Positions 1-10,277 of a stretch of DNA of 64,000 nucleotides are shown piece by piece (position 1 is the stretch's first letter; every line of letters begins with the position of its first letter). A model generated the notes under the pieces. That model did not search any database, was not told the origin of the DNA, and saw nothing but the letters and a program-made list of their open reading frames with translations. Source of the DNA: an uncultured virus (IMG/VR IMGVR_UViG_3300048008_000607). Its lineage: Duplodnaviria > Heunggongvirae > Uroviricota > Caudoviricetes > Crassvirales. Where the stretch lies: IMG/VR virus record IMGVR_UViG_3300048008_000607, one strand, 5' to 3'. A program made the position numbers and the translations under genes.

Positions 1-3000
1 TTGTACCATTTAAATATTCTAAAACATTATTATTATCTAAATATTGTTGAGGAATAATTTTTATGTTAGCAACATTACCACTGTAGCCATAAGCGCCTCC
101 GCCAGCAGAAGCATTTGATGTTATTCTATTAGATGTACTATCAAAATTATTTGATCCGTCACTATATCTATTTAGTGCTACTGTAGTATTATAGTCTTCT
201 ATTACATTATATTGATTTAAAGTGTTTTGCACAATATGATCATTATTATCTTGATCATCAATTGATCTTCTTCTCATTTCATAAGAAGTACCTGATAATT
301 TATTAAATACACTATCTGAAGTAATATCATCAAAAGTAAAATCTAATTTATATTCACCGGCTCCTCTTAATAATTGAAAATCAAAACTTGAATTACCAGT
401 ATTATCAAAGTAAGCATCGTAAGTAAACGTTAAAGTATTAGTATCAACATTTGCTCCTTGCACTGGTTTAATATTAAATCCTTTAGATGATATATCTTGT
501 AATATAGCATCATAATTTGCTTTATTATCTATTTTAATACTACCTGTTAGTGTTTGTTTTTCGTTTTTAAATATTGTACTACTAATAGGATAGCTATATT
601 TTATTATATCATTATATAGTTCATGCTTTTTAGTATTTGTAAACAGCTTTAAATGTGAACCATCTAGTGAACAAGCTCCTTTATCAAATAACCAACCATT
701 TTGTATGCCTGATGTTGTGTTTTTAAAACTAACATTAAATAGTTTTTCGTTATTTTTTTGTATTAGCTCTGGAGCAGTAAAAGAATTTAAGCTACCTGGT
801 ATAGATTCATTAGCATTGTTTCTTACGTATATTCTTACATCTTCATCTAACGTTGGATTTGTAGCATAATATTTTGGATATATATTAGAAGATTCGTCAA
901 TAGGTGAAAACTGTTTGTTATTTTCATTTGGTGCATTAACTTGTTCAGCACATCCAGCTAACTTAACTTCAACTAAGTGATATTTAGTTATTACGTTACC
1001 AGAAGCATCTATTGTTTTATTAGAATTTAAATTTACATTTATATCTACCTCATTAAATGAAATAGTTGCATCGCTATTTAAATCAACAAGCAAATTTGTT
1101 ATTAATGAATTATTTGACGCATTAAATTCAAACTCCCCAGTTGTTGTTACAGAATTACCACTGTCATTTGTGTAAGATCCAGCAGGTGCTAAAGTAACTT
1201 GTGTATTATTAGTATTATCTATAAAAAATAAATTACTATCTGTAAATTGTGTTGTATCAACAATTCCTAAGTTACTTAATTGAGTTAAAGTTTGAAAAAT
1301 AGGAAATAACGTAGCTGTTGTAGAATCAAAATTAGTTCTGTTTCTAGTAGCTGTATTTGTATTATTTAAAACGCCATCTACCGTATAATTTATATTTACT
1401 TTTAAAGTATATTTAGTTACATTTGTTGTAACCTCAGCTTGAGTTAATGTTACTCCAACTTTTGGTCTTAATGTAAATGTAGATGTTGCTGAAGGCTGTG
1501 CAAAAGTTTTTGATTTAAATCCAATCTCTATTGTATCACCAACTTTACGCAATAATAATTCACCATTTGCAGCATAGTCAGCTGTTACATCATTATTGCT
1601 AGCATCTAATAGTTCAAAATCATCAGCATCAATAGCGCTATCAAATTCAAACGATGCAGATGGAGTTAACGTGAAAAAGAATTCATTATCAGTTGGTGTA
1701 GAATTTAATCCAGCCCCACCATCAACAGTATATGATGTAGCCGCTATTGTAAAATTACCAGCAGGATTACCATCACTAGCATTTACAGAAGACGCAAATG
1801 TGGTTGTAACATTTTTACCAACAAATGGTGCAATATTTAGTGTATAAGTTTCGTCTTCTTGAAAATCACTAACAAATAAAGTACCAGAAACAGTAAGCAC
1901 GTTTGTGTTTACCGCATCAAATTCTATATTATTTAATAACACAAAAGACCCATTATCATTATCGCCAAGAACAACATCATTTGAAGATGGTTGTCTTCCT
2001 ATAGTGTAAGTTCCAGCAGGTAATGTTAAATCAAAAGAAAATTGTCTGTTTGTGCCTTGACCTATATAATCTTCAACACTAAAATTATTATTTACTGTGT
2101 TTGAATATTTAACTAAAAATGTAGCAGCTTTTCTTCCTTTTGCGTTTCTAGTCAATGCAATAGCTTGGCTTCCAAAACCAGTGTCAACATCAGTACCTGT
2201 TATATTATTCACTTCAACAGTATAAGTTTCTGCTAAGTCCGACGCATCAAAAATTAACGGTATTGTTTTATTTCCTGTGCTATCAATTTTATAATCTTGT
2301 TTTGATATAACACCAGAAGTATCAGATAAAATAACTTCAAATTCCGCATTTTGCTCACCATTAACTATTAATTCTCTAATTTCATCTAAGTTAGAAATAA
2401 TATTTGTATCAATAGTTTTTGAAACAATTTTAGGATTTGGTAATACAACTTCTAAAGGATTTACTGAAATAGTATAATTATTATTAGTAATTGCATTTTT
2501 TGGTATAAAAACAGTTTCAATTATCTTATATGAAGTATCTGATAATTTAATTTTTTCTAAAAATACATTTGGATTATCAACAGTTATTGAGTCTGCTGTT
2601 AAATAATAACCTGTATCTGCTGTTATAATTCTTTCTGTTATTATTTTTTCTTCACCATAATCTCCGTTTAAAGAGTAACTTGCAACGTCAGCATTGTCAA
2701 TTGTAGCGTTTGTTAAACTTAATTGTGGCGTTCCTGTAATTTCTATTGGTTTTTTGTCAGCAACACCAGAAACATTAAAAACTAAACTATCATCATCATT
2801 ACTTTGGTTTTTATTTACAGTAACCGTAGCTTTAATATTATCCCCATCTTGAGTAAACACTATAGTCTTATTTCCGTTTTGATCTACTTCAGATGAATTA
2901 AAGTCTGATGCAGTAAGTTTATATCCATCCTGTGGATATATAGTAAATTCTACTTGTGATATTTGATCACCTGGTTTTTGAGTAATTTCTACAGGTTTAC

Positions 3001-6000
3001 TATAAAATTTATCGTTATTAATGTTTAAATTAAGAGTTGTTGTTGTATTGCTTACATCACCTAATTGATCAGTATAAGGAGTTTCGTTATCTACCGTTGT
3101 ATTATCACCACCTGTGTCTGTAAAATCTCCAGTAGTATTATTAGCACTATCATTAACCGTAATAGTTCCGCCATCTGTTGATATAGTATTACCACCAGTA
3201 GTATCACCTGTTCCGCTTGATCCACTTACATTTGATCCGCTAACTGTAATCGTTCCGTCTGAATTTGCTGTAGTAATTATGTTGTTACCAGTTATAATAT
3301 AATCAGGGCCTATATTTGTGTTTCCAGCCCCAAGTATTATTATTTCACCATTTTGACCAACAACTACATTGCCAGTTGTAAAAGCAACAGATGTTTTTCT
3401 AACAGATTTTCCAATACCTTGTGCGGAAAAGTTTTTTGTATCAATACTAGTAAGCTCTTTTGCTTCACCGGTTATATTTACAAAATATTTGTTTTCTTTT
3501 TCTTTAAATAATAACTCAGAGCTAGTTTGTCGGTCTGTAATAACATTAGCTTTCCAACCTTCAGTACCTTCATAACTAAGAGTTTTGTATTTTTTTACAA
3601 CAGAAGGATTGTCATTTATGTTAAGGTCTACTATAGAGTTATATTGCTCTCCATAAAAATTATTTCTAGCTACATCTTCATTATCATGCTGCCATAACTC
3701 GCCCGTATTATAACTATAATATGCGTTATTAAGTGATATACCATTTTGAGGTAAAAAGCTTTTAAATGTAACCCATCCGTTTACATCTTCGCTAAAGCAT
3801 ACAGTATCAGACCCATATGATAAATTATATAATTTATTTCTATTGTCATATGAACCAATTATTTCATTATTATAACCAAATAATGATCGTCTAAAATAAC
3901 CACCCATATTAGCAGCGCTAATTGGTGTCAAACCATCCATAGACAATCTTAATACAACACCTCTTTTAGGATCCGCATTGTAAGCTCTAAACCCATAAAA
4001 AGCAAATGATTCTGGGTTTGTTGATATACCATATTCACCAGCAAACGGAGTAACATTACCAATTACTCTATTACTTGCAACTAAATTTGAACTACCATCT
4101 GCATTATATAAAATATCTTTATCCGCTAATGCTCTTAATATTTTATCTTCACAATATATAACAATATCTCCGTCTCTTGCAAAAAACTTTTGTACGCTAC
4201 CATAAGAAGGCAATAAATCTTTTGTAATAGGGTTAGCCATATTAAATTGATTAGATTGGTTTGTACCAGATCTAGAATTTATAATACCTGACCATATTAT
4301 ACCATTAAACTTATGTTCTTCTTTAAAAGGCTCTGCAAGCACTGTTGATGCTCTAACACCTGTATCAATAAATATTGCGTTAAAATCGTCCCTAATGCGA
4401 TTAGATTCAACCCCATTACCAAACGAAATAGCATTATACCAATTTAGAGTGTGTGTTTGTCCATGTTCTTCTATAGGTATTGCTTTTTCTGTTTCGTAAT
4501 ATATATCTAACTCTGTTTTTTTATCAAGAGGCTCAGTTTCAAATATTGCAGGATCTTTTATTAATACATTTTCTTCGGTTAACTCTTGTAGTATTTCCAT
4601 TTGTGGTTCTTCACCCCAAGTGTCATCACCTCTTTTTACAACATTAGCATCTAAAGGTTTAAAATCACCATTTTCATCAATAAATCTAAAGCTTATTCTT
4701 TTTATAGTTCCTTTAGCAGACCAAGGCCCAGAAGCTCCATATTTTGTATCATATTCATCTACAGATACACTGCCAATTTCATACACAGTATCATGATGAG
4801 GCGTACCATCAGAATTTATAAATCTTACAAAATTTCCAATTTTAGCTAATTTAGCTAAATTATCCACACTTCTGTGCATGTTTTCAGTAGCTGACTCTAA
4901 AGTTATATTGTATTCTAAACTACCTTTTGTAACTCTTTTACCAGATTCCGGTGTATTACCAGGTGTAGCTGTACCACCGTCAGAAACAACAAATTCATTT
5001 TTAGGATCGTTTGAAGCATTGTCTTTTATTCTGTTTATATTAGACCAACTATTTTCGCCTCTCCTGCCAGTTCCGTTATCATCATTCCTAGAGTAAACAC
5101 CAATAAGAGGTATTGATTTTTTAGCTAAATAGCTAACGCCTCCAATAGTTTCAGATATTACAGAATTTTCTAAAACAGAATTTGATTTTAATTTAATAAA
5201 AAATCTTCCATCAAACTCTTTATCTCCAGCTGCTGAATATTCTTCTGAAATATTCATGTTAACGCCAAAGTTGGTTCCTGCGTCGCCTAAGTCACCTGTA
5301 TTTTTATTGTAAATTATTTCAACATCATCACCAAATGGATCCTCAAAGTCAATTTTAATTTCATTATCTCCAGATGGATGCTGTGATAATCTTTTTATTT
5401 TGTATTTTTTAGACTCCTTACCTAGATATTCAAAAGAAATATATCTTCCTGGTTTAATTTCATTTGCATCATCTAATGCAACCCCGTCAGCACTAGAATT
5501 TGCTTGTTTAATTTGAATAGTAGCATAATCTTGCAATGGAGAATTGCCTTCAGCATCCGTTTTATTAGTAATAGTATTACCCCCACCTGAGCCGGCATAA
5601 TCATCAGTAAAAACAATATCACCTAAAGAATATATAATTCGCTTTCTATTAGTTATAAATTCAGGGGGATCAGAAAATATATCAATAATTTTATATCTAT
5701 TATCTTTTTCTAAAACCGGATTATTATCACCGTGGTTTTTCTTTAATATAAGATAATGATCGTTAGTTACTTTGTTTCTATCAGAAGACGGGAATGATAT
5801 ATATGTAAAACCATTTTCATTGTCTTGATAAAATCTATCTGCTGATAAATTATAATATTCACCTGAAGTATCTTTGATATAATACTTAAAGTGTTTAGCC
5901 CATGCTGGTGGTTTATTATTTAAACTTAAAGAAAATTGATTTTTTAATGTTGAATTATCTTTTGATATAGTATAAGCCCCTGAATCATTTGATAAAATAG

Positions 6001-7735
6001 GTGTGTGTCTATTGTATTCATCAATATATGCAATACCAATTTGGTAAGTTCTATTTGATTTAATAGTTCTATTTAAATCATCTTGCCTAGCTATAGTACT
6101 AGCTTTTATATCTGGTTCGGTATATACATCGTAATTTTGTGTATAATTACCATATATAACTCTATTTGCTGTTACTTCTTGAGCTTTAGCTCTTTTAGGT
6201 ACATTATCCCATGCTCTTAATAATTGATCGTTAGGAATTACAGAATGTATTTGTTCTTTTGTAATTTCAAAAGTATTTGTAAAATCTAATTTCTTTTTAG
6301 TCTGTAATACATATATGTTTTGGTTACGACCTTCTTTAAATAAAATATCAATTTCACTTATATCATCAGTACCTAAATCAAAATTATTCAATACAACTCT
6401 TTGAAGCTTATTAATCATACCATAATTAAATGCTTCTTTACCATCATATTTAAATTCGTTTGGTATAAATGCAGCTTCAGTAAACGGCGATATAGTAGAA
6501 TACTCTCCGTTTTTATATTTCCATCTATAAGCAAAGCGAACAAAGTTTAATTCATATAATGCCTTTTTTTGTTTTAAATTTATATTACAATCATAAGATT
6601 TATTATCGATTTCTCCAGAAAGCGTAGCAACAGTTAATTCAATAATTGAACCATCTGCTTTAGTAACATTAGCTTCAACAACAAAGTCATCTGTAGAAGT
6701 AATTGTAACAAAATCACCTTGTACCCAACTTGGATAATCAGCTAAACCTTGTAATGTAAATTTTTGACCAATATATACGTTAGATAAATTTAATGTATAC
6801 TTAATATCAACAACACCATCACTAACAGAATCAAATAATTCCATAGATGGTGCATACATAGGGGCTTTCTTAACTACAGAAATATCATCTTCTGTAAAGT
6901 TTCTTTTAAGCTTTGTTATTTGTTTTGTTATTGGGTCTTTTGTAGCGTATTCTACCTGTGTGTCTTGTGTAAATATTTCATTTGTATATTTTTTAAATGA
7001 AGATATATTTATACGCCTTGGCTGATTAAGATTATCAGTCCAAAATAAAAGGTCATCTACTATGTTTATACCTGTAATTAAATTATTTTTAGAAAAATTT
7101 AATATACCGTTAGACGTATAGGTTGCCTTTAAATTTATTCCGTACTTTTTACCGTTATACTCTATGTTTTTAAACTCAAGCTTATTGTTTGAGTTCATTT
7201 TTAAAACAGTATTTTTTGGTATAGATATTTTTATATATGGATCATTACATGTTAAAGAAATATTATTTTTAATTAATTTTTCTTCATCAATAGTAGTGGG
7301 CAAATCATTGCCAATCAATTCTTTTAACGTGCCAGTGTTATAATTATCAATAATTAATTCATTATCTATATTGCTATACACAATAGCGCCATTTAAATTA
7401 ATAGCTTTTGTTTCTTTACTATCTATTAATATAGGAGATATTACTTGTTGTTTTTCATCATACTCATATATACCATCAATATTATCAGATGTGACAATCC
7501 AATATATTTTGTCTTTTAAACTATAAGCAATACTACCTAATGTTTTAGCATTTTTTAAATTTAACTTTGAAAGCTTTTTGTTTCCAAGTAAATTTTCAAT
7601 AGCGCCAACATCAGAACCCTCAGATGAAGATATTTGTATATTTTGTGCATCAATATACTCTCCATTGGGAATAAGTCTTTCGTCCAAGTCTTTATTCATT
7701 CGACCGGACGTAAAAGTATGCTTAAGCTCTGCCAT
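1..7735 (-). CDS. Giant tail stabilisation/nozzle-like protein (>2570 aa, 3' end outside window)
   Basis: Absent from the ORF track, presumably because no stop lies in the window. ATG at 7735 gives MAELKHTFTSGRMNKDLDERLIPNGEYIDAQNI, typical of crAss-like stabilisation proteins; the same frame is still open at position 2 (ends checked, interior not fully translated). Confidence 0.8.
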   Translation of the reverse strand, partial: MAELKHTFTSGRMNKDLDERLIPNGEYIDAQNIQISSSEGSDVGAIENLLGNKKLSKLNLKNAKTLGSIAYSLKDKIYWIVTSDNIDGIYEYDEKQQVISPILIDSKETKAINLNGAIVYSNIDNELIIDNYNTGTLKELIGNDLPTTIDEEKLIKNNISLTCNDPYIKISIPKNTVLKMNSNNKLEFKNIEYNGKKYGINLKATYTSNGILNFSKNNLITGINIVDDLLFWTDNLNQPRRINISSFKKYTNEIFTQDTQVEYATKDPITKQITKLKRNFTEDDISVVKKAPMYAPSMELFDSVSDGVVDIKYTLNLSNVYIGQKFTLQGLADYPSWVQGDFVTITSTDDFVVEANVTKADGSIIELTVATLSGEIDNKSYDCNINLKQKKALYELNFVRFAYRWKYKNGEYSTISPFTEAAFIPNEFKYDGKEAFNYGMINKLQRVVLNNFDLGTDDISEIDILFKEGRNQNIYVLQTKKKLDFTNTFEITKEQIHSVIPNDQLLRAWDNVPKRAKAQEVTANRVIYGNYTQNYDVYTEPDIKASTIARQDDLNRTIKSNRTYQIGIAYIDEYNRHTPILSNDSGAYTISKDNSTLKNQFSLSLNNKPPAWAKHFKYYIKDTSGEYYNLSADRFYQDNENGFTYISFPSSDRNKVTNDHYLILKKNHGDNNPVLEKDNRYKIIDIFSDPPEFITNRKRIIYSLGDIVFTDDYAGSGGGNTITNKTDAEGNSPLQDYATIQIKQANSSADGVALDDANEIKPGRYISFEYLGKESKKYKIKRLSQHPSGDNEIKIDFEDPFGDDVEIIYNKNTGDLGDAGTNFGVNMNISEEYSAAGDKEFDGRFFIKLKSNSVLENSVISETIGGVSYLAKKSIPLIGVYSRNDDNGTGRRGENSWSNINRIKDNASNDPKNEFVVSDGGTATPGNTPESGKRVTKGSLEYNITLESATENMHRSVDNLAKLAKIGNFVRFINSDGTPHHDTVYEIGSVSVDEYDTKYGASGPWSAKGTIKRISFRFIDENGDFKPLDANVVKRGDDTWGEEPQMEILQELTEENVLIKDPAIFETEPLDKKTELDIYYETEKAIPIEEHGQTHTLNWYNAISFGNGVESNRIRDDFNAIFIDTGVRASTVLAEPFKEEHKFNGIIWSGIINSRSGTNQSNQFNMANPITKDLLPSYGSVQKFFARDGDIVIYCEDKILRALADKDILYNADGSSNLVASNRVIGNVTPFAGEYGISTNPESFAFYGFRAYNADPKRGVVLRLSMDGLTPISAANMGGYFRRSLFGYNNEIIGSYDNRNKLYNLSYGSDTVCFSEDVNGWVTFKSFLPQNGISLNNAYYSYNTGELWQHDNEDVARNNFYGEQYNSIVDLNINDNPSVVKKYKTLSYEGTEGWKANVITDRQTSSELLFKEKENKYFVNITGEAKELTSIDTKNFSAQGIGKSVRKTSVAFTTGNVVVGQNGEIIILGAGNTNIGPDYIITGNNIITTANSDGTITVSGSNVSGSSGTGDTTGGNTISTDGGTITVNDSANNTTGDFTDTGGDNTTVDNETPYTDQLGDVSNTTTTLNLNINNDKFYSKPVEITQKPGDQISQVEFTIYPQDGYKLTASDFNSSEVDQNGNKTIVFTQDGDNIKATVTVNKNQSNDDDSLVFNVSGVADKKPIEITGTPQLSLTNATIDNADVASYSLNGDYGEEKIITERIITADTGYYLTADSITVDNPNVFLEKIKLSDTSYKIIETVFIPKNAITNNNYTISVNPLEVVLPNPKIVSKTIDTNIISNLDEIRELIVNGEQNAEFEVILSDTSGVISKQDYKIDSTGNKTIPLIFDASDLAETYTVEVNNITGTDVDTGFGSQAIALTRNAKGRKAATFLVKYSNTVNNNFSVEDYIGQGTNRQFSFDLTLPAGTYTIGRQPSSNDVVLGDNDNGSFVLLNNIEFDAVNTNVLTVSGTLFVSDFQEDETYTLNIAPFVGKNVTTTFASSVNASDGNPAGNFTIAATSYTVDGGAGLNSTPTDNEFFFTLTPSASFEFDSAIDADDFELLDASNNDVTADYAANGELLLRKVGDTIEIGFKSKTFAQPSATSTFTLRPKVGVTLTQAEVTTNVTKYTLKVNINYTVDGVLNNTNTATRNRTNFDSTTATLFPIFQTLTQLSNLGIVDTTQFTDSNLFFIDNTNNTQVTLAPAGSYTNDSGNSVTTTGEFEFNASNNSLITNLLVDLNSDATISFNEVDINVNLNSNKTIDASGNVITKYHLVEVKLAGCAEQVNAPNENNKQFSPIDESSNIYPKYYATNPTLDEDVRIYVRNNANESIPGSLNSFTAPELIQKNNEKLFNVSFKNTTSGIQNGWLFDKGACSLDGSHLKLFTNTKKHELYNDIIKYSYPISSTIFKNEKQTLTGSIKIDNKANYDAILQDISSKGFNIKPVQGANVDTNTLTFTYDAYFDNTGNSSFDFQLLRGAGEYKLDFTFDDITSDSVFNKLSGTSYEMRRRSIDDQDNNDHIVQNTLNQYNVIEDYNTTVALNRYSDGSNNFDSTSNRITSNASAGGGAYGYSGNVANIKIIPQQYLDNNNVLEYLNGT

Positions 7736-7737
7736 AT

Positions 7738-8631
7738 TTAGTGTTTAATTTGTTTTGATTTACCTCTCATTACTTGAGTTAAGTCTTCTATGTTTATATT
7801 AGCAAGACGTAACTTAGCGGTGCGCATAGCAGCTTTCTTTTCTTTTTTAAGTCTATTTATTTGGTACTCAGGTATATTTGTTTTTGCAGACATAATAGCA
7901 AGTGCTATTGACTTATACATAGCTTCTTCTGCAAACTTATGTACTTTAGAGTCGTCATCAATATTAAGACCATCTGACACATATTTAATTATTAATATTT
8001 TGCCTTTAACCCCACTACTAAATGATATTACACCTCTTCTTTGATCTATAACAAATAAATCATTTTTTGTTGCACGCTGTGGATCAATACCATATCTTTT
8101 ACCATAGTCTACATTATAACCATATCCTTCTTCAAGATAAGTAAGGTCGCTTGCATCTTGTAATTTAGTTTGCTCTGATTTATTATTCTTAAATCTTTTT
8201 ATAGCTTCACTTTCGGTAGCAACAAGTAAGTTTCCTTTATCGTCATATAAATAATTATATTTGTCGTCTTGTAGTACTGGGGTTGGAGCAGAAGTAATAT
8301 CAACTGGCTTAAGAGGTCTTTCAGTACCCGCATCATCAACAGCTGTTATTCTTACATAATTTACAAAATCGTGAGGAATAGGTATAGATAGCGATGGAGG
8401 AACTTCAACTTCAATAGCTTTTATATTATCAATAGTATCATAGCTTAGCTCTTGTAATATACGTTGAGCATGATATGCTACTTCTGTTCTTTTTGTATTT
8501 TTTATAATTTTATCATCACCCACATAGGAAACCATAAAATTGCTTATAACATCAGAAAGACTTATAAACTGATAATAGCCTTGGTCTTTGCTATTATAAT
8601 AATCTTTTGGAGTATATTTTGCTAAAGCCAT
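7738..8631 (-). CDS. Tail/neck ring structural protein
   Basis: 297 aa; PHDFVNYVRI and YVSDGL motifs resemble crAss-like ring proteins; lies between the capsid and stabilisation genes. Confidence 0.6.
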   Translation of the reverse strand: MALAKYTPKDYYNSKDQGYYQFISLSDVISNFMVSYVGDDKIIKNTKRTEVAYHAQRILQELSYDTIDNIKAIEVEVPPSLSIPIPHDFVNYVRITAVDDAGTERPLKPVDITSAPTPVLQDDKYNYLYDDKGNLLVATESEAIKRFKNNKSEQTKLQDASDLTYLEEGYGYNVDYGKRYGIDPQRATKNDLFVIDQRRGVISFSSGVKGKILIIKYVSDGLNIDDDSKVHKFAEEAMYKSIALAIMSAKTNIPEYQINRLKKEKKAAMRTAKLRLANINIEDLTQVMRGKSKQIKH

Positions 8632-8634
8632 ACT

Positions 8635-9318
8635 TTATGATTTTTCTTTTTGTGTTTTAATATTATCTTTTTGTTCCGCAATTTGGCTTATTTCTGGTTG
8701 TTTAATAACCAAACCAGCATAGCTTAATATTTTATAAACTATAGTTGTTTCATCTGACTCATGCAAATCAAAATCTTTTGAGTCTGTAGCATTATACATA
8801 GGAACATTGTTAACTTCAACATAAGACCAATTTGGTTTAGCTGGGCTAATTATTAAAGAACATTTTATATCTGTAGTTATGCCAGAAGGATATACGGCAA
8901 CACTATTACCTGTTCTAGTATATACAGGTCTTGTTGAATCAGGTCTTGTAAGAGGAGACTGATTTATAAAAAGTAATTCATTTTCATTTACTTCTTCAAC
9001 TTCTATATAATCATTATAGTACAATGTACCCAATCTATATAAATTAGAAGGAAGAACAAATTTATCACCACTTTTAGTTAAAGTAGCATTTGTTTTAAAT
9101 AAATTAATTTTTTCTTTTATATTTTTAACTATGTTAGCGAACTCATTTGTTATTTCGCCCATTCTGTTAAATTGATTTAAGTCGTAGAAATATTGCTCAA
9201 ACACTTCTAATTGAGCTTGATTAGCAAGAAGATTAAATTCTTGCGGAGTCATATATCCTCTATTTTCTTTATTTAGGATTGCTAATACTCTTTGGTATAC
9301 TGTATCTACGCTAATCAT
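8635..9318 (-). CDS. Tail tubular/head-tail adaptor protein
   Basis: 227 aa; NKENRGYMTPQEFNLLANQAQ N-terminus resembles crAss-like ring proteins; synteny. Confidence 0.6.
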   Translation of the reverse strand: MISVDTVYQRVLAILNKENRGYMTPQEFNLLANQAQLEVFEQYFYDLNQFNRMGEITNEFANIVKNIKEKINLFKTNATLTKSGDKFVLPSNLYRLGTLYYNDYIEVEEVNENELLFINQSPLTRPDSTRPVYTRTGNSVAVYPSGITTDIKCSLIISPAKPNWSYVEVNNVPMYNATDSKDFDLHESDETTIVYKILSYAGLVIKQPEISQIAEQKDNIKTQKEKS

Positions 9319-9334
9319 ATGTTTTATATTATAA

Positions 9335-9363
9335 TGATAAGGGCCACCTAAGTGACCCTATCA
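9335..9363 (-). terminator. Intergenic hairpin (terminator or processing site)
   Basis: Minus strand TGATAGGGTCAC-TTAG-GTGGCCCTTATCA; no clear U tract. Confidence 0.45.
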
Positions 9364-9373
9364 CTATGGTGGT

Positions 9374-10204
9374 TTATTTTAATTTCTTTTCTATTGATTT
9401 ATAAACCTCAACACCTTCATCTGTTTTTAAATACGATGCAAATGCACTGTATGGATTTTCTTCAAAAGGTACTGACATTAACTTTTTATTATTAGTTGCC
9501 CAGTGAAATGATTTTTGATCACCTGATAAATTAATAATGCCGCCCTCGACTGCTTTAATTGCAAAGTTTCTTAGCTGTACATTATCATCTTCTACTAATG
9601 AAACAAAAGTTGCAGGACTTCTTTTCGCAAATAACAATAAGTCTCTTCTAATTTCTGAAGAAGTCATTTTTGATACTCCTGAGCCTTGCTCAACTCTTAA
9701 AACAGCTTCAGCGTGATCTATATTTAAATCTCGCGCTAAATTAAGTGCTGTAATTTCAAGTTCAAGATCTTGCAAATCATCTTTAGCTTCAGCAACTGCA
9801 TCAGCCTCATAATATGTTTTATTTTTTTGAGGATGATATACTGATAATAATTTTTGTAAAGCTTGATCAGCTTTTGGTACAAATAATGAACCATTTCTAA
9901 AAACAATATGCTTTAAAGTTGAAAAACCATTTTGCTCATCTTTAAACGGTGAGTTTTGGTTTGAAGCATATCTTAATTCTCTACTCATACTTTTTTCTTC
10001 ATCCCACCACATTAAAGGGTTTCTACTATGATGCCTTGATGCAAGGGTAAAAGTAATAGGAGCTTTATTGCCTATTAAAATATAAGTTCTATCTTTAATT
10101 TCCCATTCATTTTTTTTTTGAATAGGTTTTGTTGGTTGTGATGTTTCAATCACTTGTGCTACAGGAGCCTCTACAGCTTCTATAGCTTCTTTTTTCTTAG
10201 CCAT
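9374..10204 (-). CDS. Conserved phage protein downstream of the capsid gene
   Basis: 276 aa intact ORF; RELRYASNQ motif; function unknown. Confidence 0.55.
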   Translation of the reverse strand: MAKKKEAIEAVEAPVAQVIETSQPTKPIQKKNEWEIKDRTYILIGNKAPITFTLASRHHSRNPLMWWDEEKSMSRELRYASNQNSPFKDEQNGFSTLKHIVFRNGSLFVPKADQALQKLLSVYHPQKNKTYYEADAVAEAKDDLQDLELEITALNLARDLNIDHAEAVLRVEQGSGVSKMTSSEIRRDLLLFAKRSPATFVSLVEDDNVQLRNFAIKAVEGGIINLSGDQKSFHWATNNKKLMSVPFEENPYSAFASYLKTDEGVEVYKSIEKKLK

Positions 10205-10226
10205 AATATAATATAATAAAATTGAT

Positions 10227-10261
10227 AAAAAGTAAAGATAGAGGCGCCTTAAAGACGCCCC
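10227..10261 (-). terminator. Intrinsic terminator-like hairpin after the major capsid gene
   Basis: Minus strand GGGGCGTCT-TTA-AGGCGCCTC followed by TATCTTTACTTTTT. Confidence 0.6.
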
Positions 10262-10277
10262 ATCCTTACATTAGTAA

